A stretch of 58,208 bases of DNA, counting the filler, from Bipalium vagum (lineage: Eukaryota): the NCBI GenBank assembly GCA_037834085.1. It is 3 parts of 3 records of this genome, joined end to end, with 100 filler letters (N's around TTAATTAATTAA, not from the genome) between each part and the next. Parts side by side here need not be neighbours in the genome. Positions count along the whole stretch, not along the records: positions 1 to 17,858 come from JBBMKC010048361.1; positions 17,959 to 33,903 come from JBBMKC010136858.1; 1 more part is not named here. One strand, 5' to 3'. A program made the position numbers and the translations under genes. Under the pieces are notes generated by a model. The model was given only the letters and a program-made list of their open reading frames with translations. It was not told the origin of the DNA and did no database searches. Positions 12,971 to 26,000 of this stretch are shown here, one piece after another. How positions within the stretch are numbered: the stretch's first letter is position 1; the number at the start of each line of letters is the position of its first letter.

Positions 12971-15900
12971 TATTTTTAAAAAAAATCGTTCTGTCATTGC
13001 TTAGTGATAAAGATTTATACTCTTTAGTACACAATTTTTTAAAAAAAGTTAAAGAGGTTTTAAAATCTTTTTGGTATTCTTATGGTATTATAAGATTGAA
13101 ACAGAATATTTTTTGGATAAGTAATAGTATACGATATCTAATACTAAATATATCGAAGAAGTTATTTTTAATTATCTATTCTTGTATAGCTTCTGACGGC
13201 TAACTTAATTTTTTTAGTTTACGGGTTAAGTTATCCTACTATTAAAGAAACATTAACAATAAAATTTGTTTAAATATTAAAACTTTAACATTAAAACTGA
13301 TAATATTATTTGAAAAGTACGTTATAGGAATTTGTTAAATAATATAATTGAGTGTTTAGACACTCGAACTATTCAATTGTAATGTATTCTCGAAAAGTAA
13401 AGACTAGAGAAATTAAGTGAATGTATTTTACCCAAAGTAAACAAATAAATATGTTGCAAAAGTATCATTTAATGTTAGTCTTTTTATATCAGAGCTCGCT
13501 TTTCATTAGTTAAAAAATACATGCTTGTGTTACTTAATACTGAAACCAGTTCGTATTTTCAATTTCATCCCTTTCTGAAATCTGGAATAGCTTATGTCTA
13601 TTACATTAATTTCTGTACTTTACGCCCATAGCCGTAAGTATCTGGACGATTTCAATAAGGTTTAAGTCGTAAGCCATTTTTGAGAGAAAAAAATGTGGGA
13701 ACGAGAACAATCCACTTTTTCTATATTTACAGTTTTAAGATTGTAAATTTTTAATACGATCGGGTCAACAACAAAATAACGCTTTCATTGAAGTTAACAT
13801 AATTTATAAAATGAAGTAACCAAAATTAGTTAAAAATGTGTTATTAGTTATTATAACTTATTACTATATTTATTGGTTTTTCAAAAAGGTTAATTATGTG
13901 CATATATTAAATGAAACATTTTTAAAAAGGGAGCTCCAAAATTAAATAATTATTGGAGAATAAAAAGGTTCAAGATGAAAAATAATTTAATAATAAATAT
14001 TATTTACGTAATTTTTGAAAAGTTTGTATTAGAATTTATTACTTAAATGTTAATTTTGATCCGATGAGATTAAATGTTATTTGTTAAAATTATGTTATTT
14101 ATAAATTGAATAATATTGTGCTTATGAATACTATTTTTTCAAAATAAAAATTGATGTGTTAGTTTGTATTTAAGAATTTCATTATAATTAACGGGAGGGA
14201 TGTATTAATTAATAAATTCGTTACAAAATTTTTTTGAATACTAACTTTATTTGAGATTGTTCATTATAATCTCTGTTTATTGCACAACTGCTTCCGAATG
14301 GTCGTCATTTACGACAGTAGTCGGTTTTTCACATTGAAAATTTTCAATGCTGACGTTACCACTTAAATTTCAAATATTGATCTTTTACTTACAGAATCAT
14401 CCCTTTATTAAAAATTAATTTATTAATTACTTATGAAGCTTGAATTTATATATAACAATTGAATATGTTCAACAATGTTTTGGAAAATGCAATAAAATGA
14501 AAATTTAAATTGAACTTAGTTAAGAATTAAATGAAAAATCGAAAATGAATCTTTGGTTTGATATATTAAAACAATTATTATCATAGAAAATGATGGATAA
14601 AAAACTAAAAACATTCCGACATTTAATGATGAAAAATATAAAAAGTTAATTTTATTTTTTTTAATATCAATTTATTATGACAGATTTTTTTATTTTACAA
14701 TAAAAATAATATTTTAATAATTTTACTATAGAAAATATTCTCCAGAAATTAATTGTAACAGAATAAAGAAAATGAAACTTTATAATGTTTATATTACATA
14801 TAAAATACAATTTTCCTGTAATAATCTTACTTTTAAAATGATAATGTCATCATTTTATTTGTTAAATATTGATTTTCAAAATACTTTTTTAATATGACAC
14901 CTACTGTAAGGAAATTTTTACTAAATTAAACTTATTATATGATATTTTTTTCAAGAGGTACTTAAAATATAATTAAGTGTAGGTAAACAGTCAAGTCTTA
15001 TTATCAAATATTGTTCATTCAAAAAAATCTGGAAAAGGTATGTAAACTGTTGCAAACAGAAATAGCTGCTTCTTATTTTATAGATTTCCCATAATTCTTA
15101 ATGATTTCTAACTTTATTTTTCATTTCTTAATTTAACCATCTCGTTCACTTTTAAAATCTGACCTACTAATTATTGGTGCCACAAAATCAGTTCGAATAT
15201 CAAAAAATTTATGGAAATAGCAAGAAAAATACTGTTGCTATTAACATAATCTAAATCGATCATATATCAAAGAGTAAAATGTCTGATAATAAAATAACAC
15301 AGTAGTTGATCAAGTATTTAATAAACTTCGATCACTACTAAACAAACAATCAAATTGACAATATAGTTCAAAACATGGATAATAAGAAAGAGTAATTAAT
15401 ACTCAAATTGTTACTCATTCAAAAGAAATGTATGGTTTTACAAAATATTCTTAATAAAGAAAATTAAAAATAAAAATAAATAGTCTACCCGTTGGTTAGA
15501 CAATTTACGGTGACATTGCTCAAAAAAAATTTTTATTATCAGTGTTACTATTTTTTCAATATACTATAGTGAAACTTTTTGTCAATTAAATACAATGAAA
15601 GTGAATCAAAAATTAAATTAACAAAAAATAAAACAGTTAAAGCTTAAGTTATTTAAAATCTTTTATTCAAATTATTAATATTAAAATAAAAATAAAAAAT
15701 GTTTAATACGGAAAAAACAAGTTAGAAATACTTGTTTTCACGGTTTATTATCTTCTTCCTATTTCTTTAAAGATATAAGAGTTTAGTGTCTTATGCTTTT
15801 CATTCATCATTTTAAAATTCAAATAAAACTGAACAAAATAAATCAATAAAATTCTTTGTAATAAAACATGCGATAACTGTGTCAAACTTGTTTAGAGGTT

Positions 15901-16010
15901 AGACACAAACGTTTTTAAAACTTAAAAAGAAATTAGTTATTATTGATTGACTTGAATATTATTATTATTATTAATTGGTATTATTGTCGGTTTATTTTAT
16001 TTGAACTATA

Positions 16011-16910
16011 TTAGGGAACCTAACAAGTTTTCCACTTTTTCCCATTGAAAAAAAAATTAATGATTATTTAAAATTATTTTTCTGTTGAGTTGTAAAATAA
16101 ATTCTGCATTTTTGTTATCAAAATTGAAAGACAGTTCTAATATATAAATGTATTTTATCACAAAAATATTTACCAATGTTTACGATTATTTGTTTCAAAC
16201 GTAAGTTCATTATGTCAAGTTCATAAAACTTCGGACTTTGTAATAAAAGTGGTCAATCACTTCTTGACATCTTCAGTTGAATGAAGTTGTTGTTTTTCCA
16301 GATTATTTTGAAGCAATCGGAATAAATTGAAATCCGTGGGAGCTACAACTGGTCAGTTCAATGTGGAATGTATTACTTCTCAACCTACGTTCTTCAGCTC
16401 GCGTTTGGATGCTTATGTAGGTTGAGATTTAATGCTGCCTTAATGAAAGACCACGTTAAATCTGTTCACTATTTTCGGTCGTTTCTTCAGCTTCCTCCAA
16501 CTTTTCTAGTTGATCACAATATCTCTTTGCATTGATAGTCTTACTATTTAGAAGAGTTCGTAATAAATGATCTCTTAATCACATCTTTTGCAGTTTCTTG
16601 CGTTGAATAATTTTAGCTGCACCATTTCCGCCGACACTTAATGTTTTAGTTTTCATGAAATTTAGAAAAGGATCCAATTAATACAAATATAAGAGACACG
16701 CATTCCATATTCCGACAATAAATGTTCTTTTCGGAAATTTCGTCAGATGCAATTATTTCTCTTTATGTAGATTTCGACCATGCTTTCGTCGTCATCAGTT
16801 CTGATAGGATTACCTTTCTGGAAATATTTTGGTGACTGAAATTCCAGAATGGATGCGCACTAATCATCTAGAAGATAACAGAAAGTCACTATATACACAT
16901 AATTCGCGTA
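16011..16910 (-). mobile_element. Mariner element relic with one TIR
   Basis: TA followed by TTAGGGAACC terminus at 16011. Minus frame reads VAPTDFNLFRLLQNNL (LAPSDYHLFRSLQN-like), with a YYELF..SKTINA remnant. Confidence 0.7.
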
Positions 16911-17783
16911 TAGTTTTTATTGAATTTATCTTTTTAAAATGAAAAAAGTAAGACGTGTCTAAAATCTGACATTTCGAATATTATAAAAATTTTGTTAAAT
17001 AATTAATTTATTGTTAATCAAGTCCTGATTTAATCGATTTGGAATTAATAATTATTTGAATTAAAACTGCAATTTGGTAGATGAAAACCCACAACTAATA
17101 TATTTATGTTATTAAATTTCATGTTATCATAAGAAATATTCTTTTTTTATAAACGTTTCAAATTAAAAAAATTCATCTCTGAAATTTTAAATGTAAATCC
17201 TCACCAATCAGAAGTGTCTAAACGTGGTTGTATTTCATTGACTGGTTTTTTGTGTGATATAATTAAGATAAGGTTATCTAAAATAATTCGTCAAATAATT
17301 TCAATTCATCATGGGATGGATTGAAATTATTATTTATTTTCATCTCATTTGTAAGATGCATTAATTGTGCCACCTTGAATGATACTTTCAAAAAGGTAGA
17401 AATGTATATGGAGTAGAATGATCTATTGCCTATTTCAAAAGAATTAAGAAATATTGGACAAAAATTTATTGGGCCAAACAAAATTTACCAGAAATTGTTG
17501 CTTTGGTCGATTTATATTTATTTTATGTGCATGTCTATTTATCAAATTGATAGGATGGTGATAATCATCCTATTTTTAAATTATCAGTCCATATGCAATC
17601 TCAACTAGCCAATAAAATTAATAGCTCTATTCAATGATAATTTAGTTCAAAAATTTTTTCAACGAAAGGGATAAGAATTGCAATATAATTTGTTAATTCA
17701 AAAGACAGATCAAATCTTTTATCATGTTCAAGCTGTTGATAATTGGACAATTCGGTTTGTTATTTTATTACATCGATTATGTA

Positions 17784-17858
17784 TTAGGTGTACCAGTTAA
17801 TTCTGCGGATTTTTTTAAAAATAACAAAATGCGTTTATTTTAAAGACAACAAATAATT
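17784..17858. mobile_element. Mariner terminal inverted repeat at the contig end
   Basis: TA|TTAGGTGTACCAGTTAATTCTGCGGATTTT resembles mariner TIRs, including those of the element at 27.0-28.2 kb. Confidence 0.55.
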
Positions 17859-17958
17859 NNNNNNNNNNNNNNNNNNNNNNNNNNNNNNNNNNNNNNNNNN
17901 NNTTAATTAATTAANNNNNNNNNNNNNNNNNNNNNNNNNNNNNNNNNNNNNNNNNNNN
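17859..17958. other. Artificial contig linker (44N-TTAATTAATTAA-44N)
   Basis: Exactly 100 nt, with a palindromic core that has stops in all six frames. Identical to 33904-34003. Confidence 0.97.
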
Positions 17959-20028
17959 AAATAATTACTAATAATAGTAATAATAATAGTAATAATAATA
18001 GGTAATAAAAATTGTAATAAATTATAAAAGATAAAAATAATTTTAATCTAAAACAAAATTCAAAGAAAATTTTTAAGTGAAAGAAAAATATAACTTCCAC
18101 ATTTATCTGAATATATCAAACATATGAGCTAAGTGTAAATAGTAAACGAAATAGAATATTTAGAGATATCAGAATATATTTGGATAAATTATGGTTCATA
18201 AATTAAATTAAGTATAAAATATTCCGAGATTTCTATTTTTTTAGTTAAATGTAAATAATCGATATGTATATTTATCATCTACATATATAGTTGTTTCTGA
18301 AAAATATTTCAATTTTTAAAACCAGGATTGTGTGAGGTTTAATTTTTAAACATTAAAGAATGAAATGGTACCAGTTTTAGAACAACAGAGAAATTTATTA
18401 TTTTGTTTAATTATTGTTGATGTTGCTTAGCAATTTCAAAATTCCAATTGTCTTAATAATAATATTATTATTATCTGTTTTAAGAATTTTTCAGTTATTG
18501 TATTTTGTTTGACTTATTCACACTTGATTTTATCTTAAAGTTTCATTGAAATATAATATATTTGTAATTTTTCTTTGTGAAAAAAAAATTTTAGTATAGA
18601 GAATTTCTTTTCAATAAATCTACCTAATTTTTCTATTACAGTATTTTATCAATTAGATAACACAAGAATATCATTTTTTGATTTCATTTAATTGATTTAA
18701 TTAAAATTTTCTCAAGATATATATACGACTTATTTTGATAATGATGTTTATTATGAATTTTATAATTTACTATATTTTTATAAACTAAATTATAAAGTTA
18801 AACCGAAAATTTTGAATCAATCAAATATTTTATAAAATTATGTTTTATTATTTATAAAATCATTATTATACTGTGATTTTCTGATTAAATGCAATTTTCT
18901 TGTAGTGCCAAGAACATTCCATATTCACTGTCAATTAATGTCTTATAAAATTCTATATTGAGGCATGATCTGGGTCGAACAATCTTTCAGGAATATTTAA
19001 AATTCAGTCAAACTTCAAAAATATAAAAAACAAAATTTTTTTATCGGTACTTCTTGGTAATTCTAATAACTTTGTTATTAAAGAGAAGTGAAATTATAAT
19101 CGAAATGATTTTCTGATTATGAAATTAGAAACCTTCTTAGATTACTTTTGTTCATTTTTAATTGACTTGGTTCTGTAAAATATTAGTATTTTCTTCTTAC
19201 TTCTTTACTTTTCTAGTTTATCTTAGTTTAAATTTTAATTATGAATATTGAATTTGGCTAGCTTTCGATTTTTTAGCGCCATAAATATCTTTTTACGGAA
19301 AAATATTGATTTTTATCTTTGTTCTTTAGTATTGATCTTTGCAGAATGTTCAGTCTTAGAAATGATTGTTTCATTTTTAAAATTCCATTATCACTGAATT
19401 TTTCCGGAATTCTATTTATTTGTTCGGTTTTTGCACCGGTTTTTTTATCGGACAAATTAAGATTATGAAGTCGACACTGAAAATTAGTGTAAAATGATAA
19501 TTTCACTTTTAATCCTATTTTAAACTATTATTAAGTATCAATAATTCAATTTTATTGTTTCCGAAGATTAACTTTAAAAAAAAATAAATCAATTAAAAAT
19601 TTCAAGTAATTTAGTTATCCAATAAAATTTGGTAATTTGTTAATCATTAAAATTGTGTCCACTGTTTGAATACTGTCTACCAATGTCTACTATTTATATA
19701 TTGTCTAGTTAATAATTTTCTTACCAGAAATAAAATTAGACAAGCTTCTTTTCTAAACTTTCTCTGCTAGGATTTGTATTTGCACAGAAACGAGCACATA
19801 TTAAATTTTATCCTCCTTTTGTTTTTAAATATTTCTGAAATCAATGTGCTTTTGGGATCATTATGATTAAAAGCTGAATAATTTGGTTCTGTTATTAATT
19901 TTTGTGATTTATAATAGTATTAGCACACTTCAAAATAACACGATTCAGTAATCAATTTAAAAAAAATATTTTAAAATGTTTTGTTTAAAATGTCTCTCAA
20001 ATTGATTTTTTATTTTTAAAAAATAACG

Positions 20029-23000
20029 ATGTCTCTAAATACGTTGAATAAAAGTGAGTTGATAATTACTTTTATTTCTTTATTTTTATTATTTTATTAC
20101 TTTTAAGATATTTCATATGAAAAAGAGATAAAATGTTCTGATCCTTATTTTTGTCTGAAATGTTGTTATCGGTGATTGATTAATATCTTGACATTATCAA
20201 CGTCGATATATCCATGTAGAAATTCTTACACGGTTCTTAAAATGTTGTAGAATATCAGAGCTTTCGCCCACCACAATTAAGCGTAGAATAATCGATTTTA
20301 AAGATGCTTTGCAGTATACAATGCAAGCCAGAGATTTTTTGGTTAAGAGTACATTTGGAATTAACTTTCAAATTAATCGATACACTGCTTCAAATTTCAA
20401 AGATTTTGCTCCGAGGCAAGACATCGATTTTTCAGATTTCATGAGCTCCAGTATGAAGGAAATTGACAGCGACTTGTCAAGTCTGCTCCGATATTATATA
20501 GATTGTTTGAAAGAATTACTGAAAACATGGAGTAAATCTTCTTCATCTGGAAAAGTAAGATTATATTATGTTAAATCATTGTAGTATTATATAATATTTG
20601 TAAATTGATTGAAATAATTACCAATAAAAATTATTGATTGAATTTAGTATTTTTATAAATTTATTGATTTACAATTGATTTTGTGATAAACTGAATTATT
20701 ATTTATTTATTGTTAAATAATAATTATTTTAATTATTATATAATAATAATATTAATAATTTATTAATTAATTACTACCTATTTTTTAAGTTGAACTTCTA
20801 TTTTGGACCAATTTCTGATTTGGGCCACTTCTATAATTGGATCATCTGCTACATTTTTTCTATTAATTTTTAATTATCAAATTTATCGATAATTATGTTC
20901 TTATGAAAAATTAGTCTGTCCAACAGTTTAAATAAGTTTTGATAATTTTTTAAAATAATATTTTGGAATATACATTTTCAAAAACAAGAAACTTCGCAAT
21001 ACAGAATGTAACCAGCTATGCTATGGAAAATATAAAACTAGTAGCCTTCAATTAAAGAATATATGCTCAATTCCAGAGAGATCCTCAGAAAACCAACAAT
21101 TTTAGGAATAAAGGTAAGAATAAATAGATGTTCAAGTTGAAATAGACTGGCAGTATTATTTTGGAGTTGTTCGAAAGGTTGTTCCATCTAGAAAACTTCT
21201 GAAAAATCATGACGGAAAAAGTTACTTAATATACAGCAGAGAATGTATTTAATTGTGACGAAAGTAGTTTATACTACAGATCAATCAGCAATAAGAGTTT
21301 CGTATTACCAAATGAAGAATATAAAAAATACCGGTTGACCTTGTTATTATGTGCATAGGAGGTTTGAAAGAAAAATCTGTTATTATAGGAAAGTATGCTA
21401 AGCCTTGGTGTCTAGGAATGTGGAAATGTCAGATTTAAATGTTATATACACTCAAAATAAAAATGGTTGACACTTAAAACCTTTCAAGAATGGATTTCAG
21501 ATTTTAATAATGACTTCAAAGAAAAATTCTCCTTGTGATCGATAATGCTCAATCCCTTATTTGGGAAGATTTCTTAAAAAATCGAAATTTTATTATTTCC
21601 AAAAATATCACTTCAATTCTACAACCTTTGTCAAATTCTGCCTACAATTCTACCAAACTCTCGTTATGTAGAGGTTTACAAATGTTGATTATACAATCAT
21701 CAAGTGGATAAAAATTAAACATTATATTTTAAAATTAAAATAATCAAAAAAATAACATCTTATCACAACTTATTTATTTGATATTCAACCATATTTTTTG
21801 TTTCAAATTCTTCAAGCTAATCCTGTCCATTATGTCATCAATTTTATAAATATTTTCAAAATCGCTAGATCATTCTCATTTTTTCTAAAAAACGCTACAA
21901 AATATACCATGCCTAACTTGCTTCTTTGTTTGAAACTGTGGATAGTTCAGGTTCACTCTCTTCATCATCAATACTATTCACTATTATAGATGTAGCAATG
22001 TCTTTCAAAGGAGGTATTCCATCTGCAGTTATCTATTGATCAAGTGAGATATAATCGTCAAAACTAATTTGATCATGTATCTCATTAACCTCTCTTAAAA
22101 ATTGCCAGAGTAATTTAATTTCTGACTCTCCTTGATTTGATTAATTATGATGCTGTCTTTTAAGATAATTTTCAAGACATCCATTACTACTACTATTTTC
22201 ATTTCAGTTGTAATTTCGCATGCTTTTTATTGAAAAAGTTGGCCATTAATTGGAATATTTTGTGCTCTTACTGGCCTGAATCAAGTTAACATTCCATTTT
22301 CGAGATCTTCAAAACGACAAGGCCTTATTATTTTGCACTTGGGTCTAGCGCCATATTGGATTGCATTTAAAATTTTTTTTCAATTTTAAAATTCCAGTTG
22401 TTGTTCTAGGGACATAAAATTCCTTAGCTAATTCGCTGTTGTTGGTAATTGTTTTGAAAGCTTCAATAATTTCAAGGTTTTCACTTAAACTTAGTTTAAG
22501 TCTTTGAGATTTTGAATTTTGCATTATGAAGTTATTAAAAAATTAAAGCTGAATATTAAAACACATTGTTTAATATTTTTTAAAAATAAGTGTCGTTATA
22601 TAGAGTTATTTTTATATTGAATTATCCATTTTTTTACCGGTCCGGAACAAACTATCGTTACATAGAGGTGTCGTTATATAGATGTTCCACTGTATTTAAC
22701 ATTTCATTATTATTGATTTAATTTAAAAATTAAAACTTATATTGAATTGTTTTTGGGAACAGTGAGTTTAGGGTTTAAATCTTTCAGTTTGAACCCTGTG
22801 AACCTCGAAAGTTATTGGAAGAAGAGTGGGAATTTGTGAAAAAGTATTGTCACAGTATTAAGCAGGATGAGGAAATAGTGGCCAGCTCTTTCTGCAATCT
22901 TGCTGAATATTTGTTTGACCTTTTAAAATCGCGCATCGAATCTGACTGCAAATTGTACTTTGATGTAATGATTTTTTTTCAAGAAGTCATGGGTGATTTT

Positions 23001-26000
23001 GAGTATTTATATCTTTGATTTGTCAGATCAATAACAGCTCGAATGACAGCTCCTCCTTTTCCAATGCTGAAGATGAAAATTCTACAATTTCCAGCAATAG
23101 GCGAATATCGAAGATATGTCAAAGATATAATTACAAATGTAAAATGATCCAATCCCAGCTGAAGCAAGTTAGTACGATCAGAGTTGGTTCCGTAAAAACA
23201 GTTCAATATATGTATATATAGGCTGCAGATTTTGCTAAAATGCTCAGAGCCGATTTGGAAATCAGTATTCAGCTGGATCTAAATATCGATTATTCCATGA
23301 ATGAATTATTGTCCTTTCTCAGCTTGACTAAACATAAAATGATTGATCTATATTCCTTGGATGAACAATCTACAACAAATTCAATAGATCTCAGTAAGAG
23401 CTTTGAATTCTTTTAATAGAAAATTCATAATTTATTCAATCATTTAGCATTGATTATTCCTCAAGACAGTTGTTCATTCATCAAAGAATTGTTAGGTCCC
23501 CTCATAACTGGATTTTCATTGCAGGCAAAAGACGACGATTTGCAATCCAGCCTGGTGAACTCATCTTCTTCGAAATCTCAACAAAACATACCCAGTGAAT
23601 ACATTTTAATAATCAATAAAAAGTCCAAGATCAGTAAGATACATCCTATTATATTTTTTCTTACCACTGTAAATAATATTGTAAAGAAAATCAATAGTAA
23701 TAGTAATATTTGTTAATAATCTACAAAAAATAATCAATTTATTAATAGAAAATAATAATCTGTGCTAAAAATAATCAATAGTAATAATAATGATTTTTGA
23801 AACAAATTACAATTTAGAAAATAGGGTGAAATTAAAAAGATTGATCACATTTTTAGATTGGCCAGGAGAAAAGATAAAGTTTTTATGTCAGCTCGATATT
23901 GGCAATCTCAAACAGAGAATCGAAAGTTCAAATATTGTATTTTTGGCTCGCAGGCCCAGTAAATTGAATGTGCAACTTTCTAACCTTCTTGAATTAAAGA
24001 TTCCAACAAAATCCGGTAATATTCAGCTGAAAAACGTCATTCAGTGCTGCTCCGTCAGCCAAACAGAGGCTTGTCATTACAATTCCAAACGAACTTTAAA
24101 TGCTTTGAAAAACAAGGCAATTGAGGTGAGCCAAGTGCTGTGCACATTTTTCATTTACGATGGCAAAAACGCCTTTTCTGGCTCAGAATTGAATCGTATT
24201 CAAGAAGATACATTGCGAAATTCAATCAAGAACTCCTATTCAATCACATTTGAATTTTACAAGGATCTTATCAAGCTTTGTACAGGTGGGTTTATTGATT
24301 TTTCAGTTTTCATTGATTCGCGATTTTCAATATTTTCAATGTGCTTTGTAAACAAATAAAAACCTAAAAGAATATTTTAGTCCAACATGAAGAAATTCAT
24401 TTTTCATGTTAATAATTTGTATGCTTGAGACCGTTTCGAAAAAAGGCATGATTTCCACAGAATCCTGTGAACATGAGAAATATATAAACGTTGTAATTAG
24501 TGAAATTAGTAGCTTTATATTTTAAAAATTTTTTATTAAAAGCAATAATAAAGTAAGAAAAAATTTTGGAATTTTAAAAGTAACTATTTGTTTTTCGATA
24601 ATTCCGTATACAATTATATACTTAACGTTTTTTTTGAGTTAAAGAAAACGTCACCACTCTTATAATTATTTAAATAAATATAATAATAATAAAAAAATAA
24701 TAAATAATAGTAATTCGGAGGAAAACGTACATTGGGCGAAGAATATCGTTTTTGAAAATCGCCATATGAGTGCTCATGTGCTGTCCATATAATTATGCGT
24801 GCTTTCTCAATCCATCACACTTTGATTTCTGAAGAATGCCGCTCGACTTGTTCCAAAGGAGCTAATCCTTTTTACAATAAATACATAGGAAGGAAGTTGT
24901 TAAAGACATTTTCTGAGTGTCTAATGATCTCACCTTCATGAAAAAAATCATATGTCATGATGAAGCATAGGTCTACAAGTTTCATATGCACACTTTCCAA
25001 CAATTGTAAGAATGGCAGTTCGAAAATGGCAGCCGAAACCGAAAGGACAACGTAAAGTCGATCAAATTCTTTTTGAATATCATTGTTTTGTGCACTCTGA
25101 AATCCTGTCGGACGAAGAATATTAACATGAAGTTATGAAACGTTTACGTAAAAATATTTTTTTGGAAGCCGAAAGATTTATCGGTTTATGAAAGTAAATT
25201 TATGGATTTTGAACCATGATAGTGCGCTATCACACAATGCAATAGTTATGCTCCAGTTTTTGGCATCATGTGACTTCTTTATCTTTCCACAGATGAAATA
25301 ACGCTCCGAGAACAGCGCTTCCAGTCGATTTATAACAAGAAGAAAATTTCGCTTCAGAAACTTAGCGAAGTTGGAACATACCTTTAAATATTGTGCAGAT
25401 GATTAGATTTAGCATGTGGGTCGTTTAAGATGTGGGCCTATTTTTAAAGTAATATAAAAAGTTTGGATGTTAAGCCAAATTCTGTTTTATGTAAAAATTC
25501 CGATAACTTTCTTAACAAAATGTATAACTATCATAATTAAAATAATTTTATATTTATATTATTTATATTTTTATATTTTTATATTTATATTTTTATTTAT
25601 TTATATTATATATATTTTTTATTATATTTTATATTATTTTATATTATTATAATTTTATATTATTATTAATGTCACGCGTAATTCAAAGTTTGAATAATAT
25701 TCTTGAGTTTGTAGATGTAAAAAGTGACTTGCAGATTTTAAAACTCCACAAAACTTTATTTTGTTTTTTAATTTTAAAATAGGATTTTAAAACATTAGAA
25801 CAACATGTGTTGTTCTAATGTCAATTAATTAACAAATTTAATTGATTTATCTATATGATTGATATAAAATCGATTTTTTGTGAATAAATGAATATATATT
25901 GAATATCAGAAAATACATTCATATTTAGGAAATGCGTTCAATTCTATCTTGAAAAATAACATACTAAGTCTATTGGAGAAGTGGTTCAAATTTTCAAGAC

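Noticed and set aside
17903-18100. ORF containing X residues
   Set aside because: Runs into the artificial N linker.
20108-20250. Alternative frames with stops that loosely resemble the MEKK4 FLVLCRVLLNVIHE segment (possible recoding)
   Set aside because: Two different frames give equally loose matches, so the similarity is likely chance. A canonical stop-free splice path exists.
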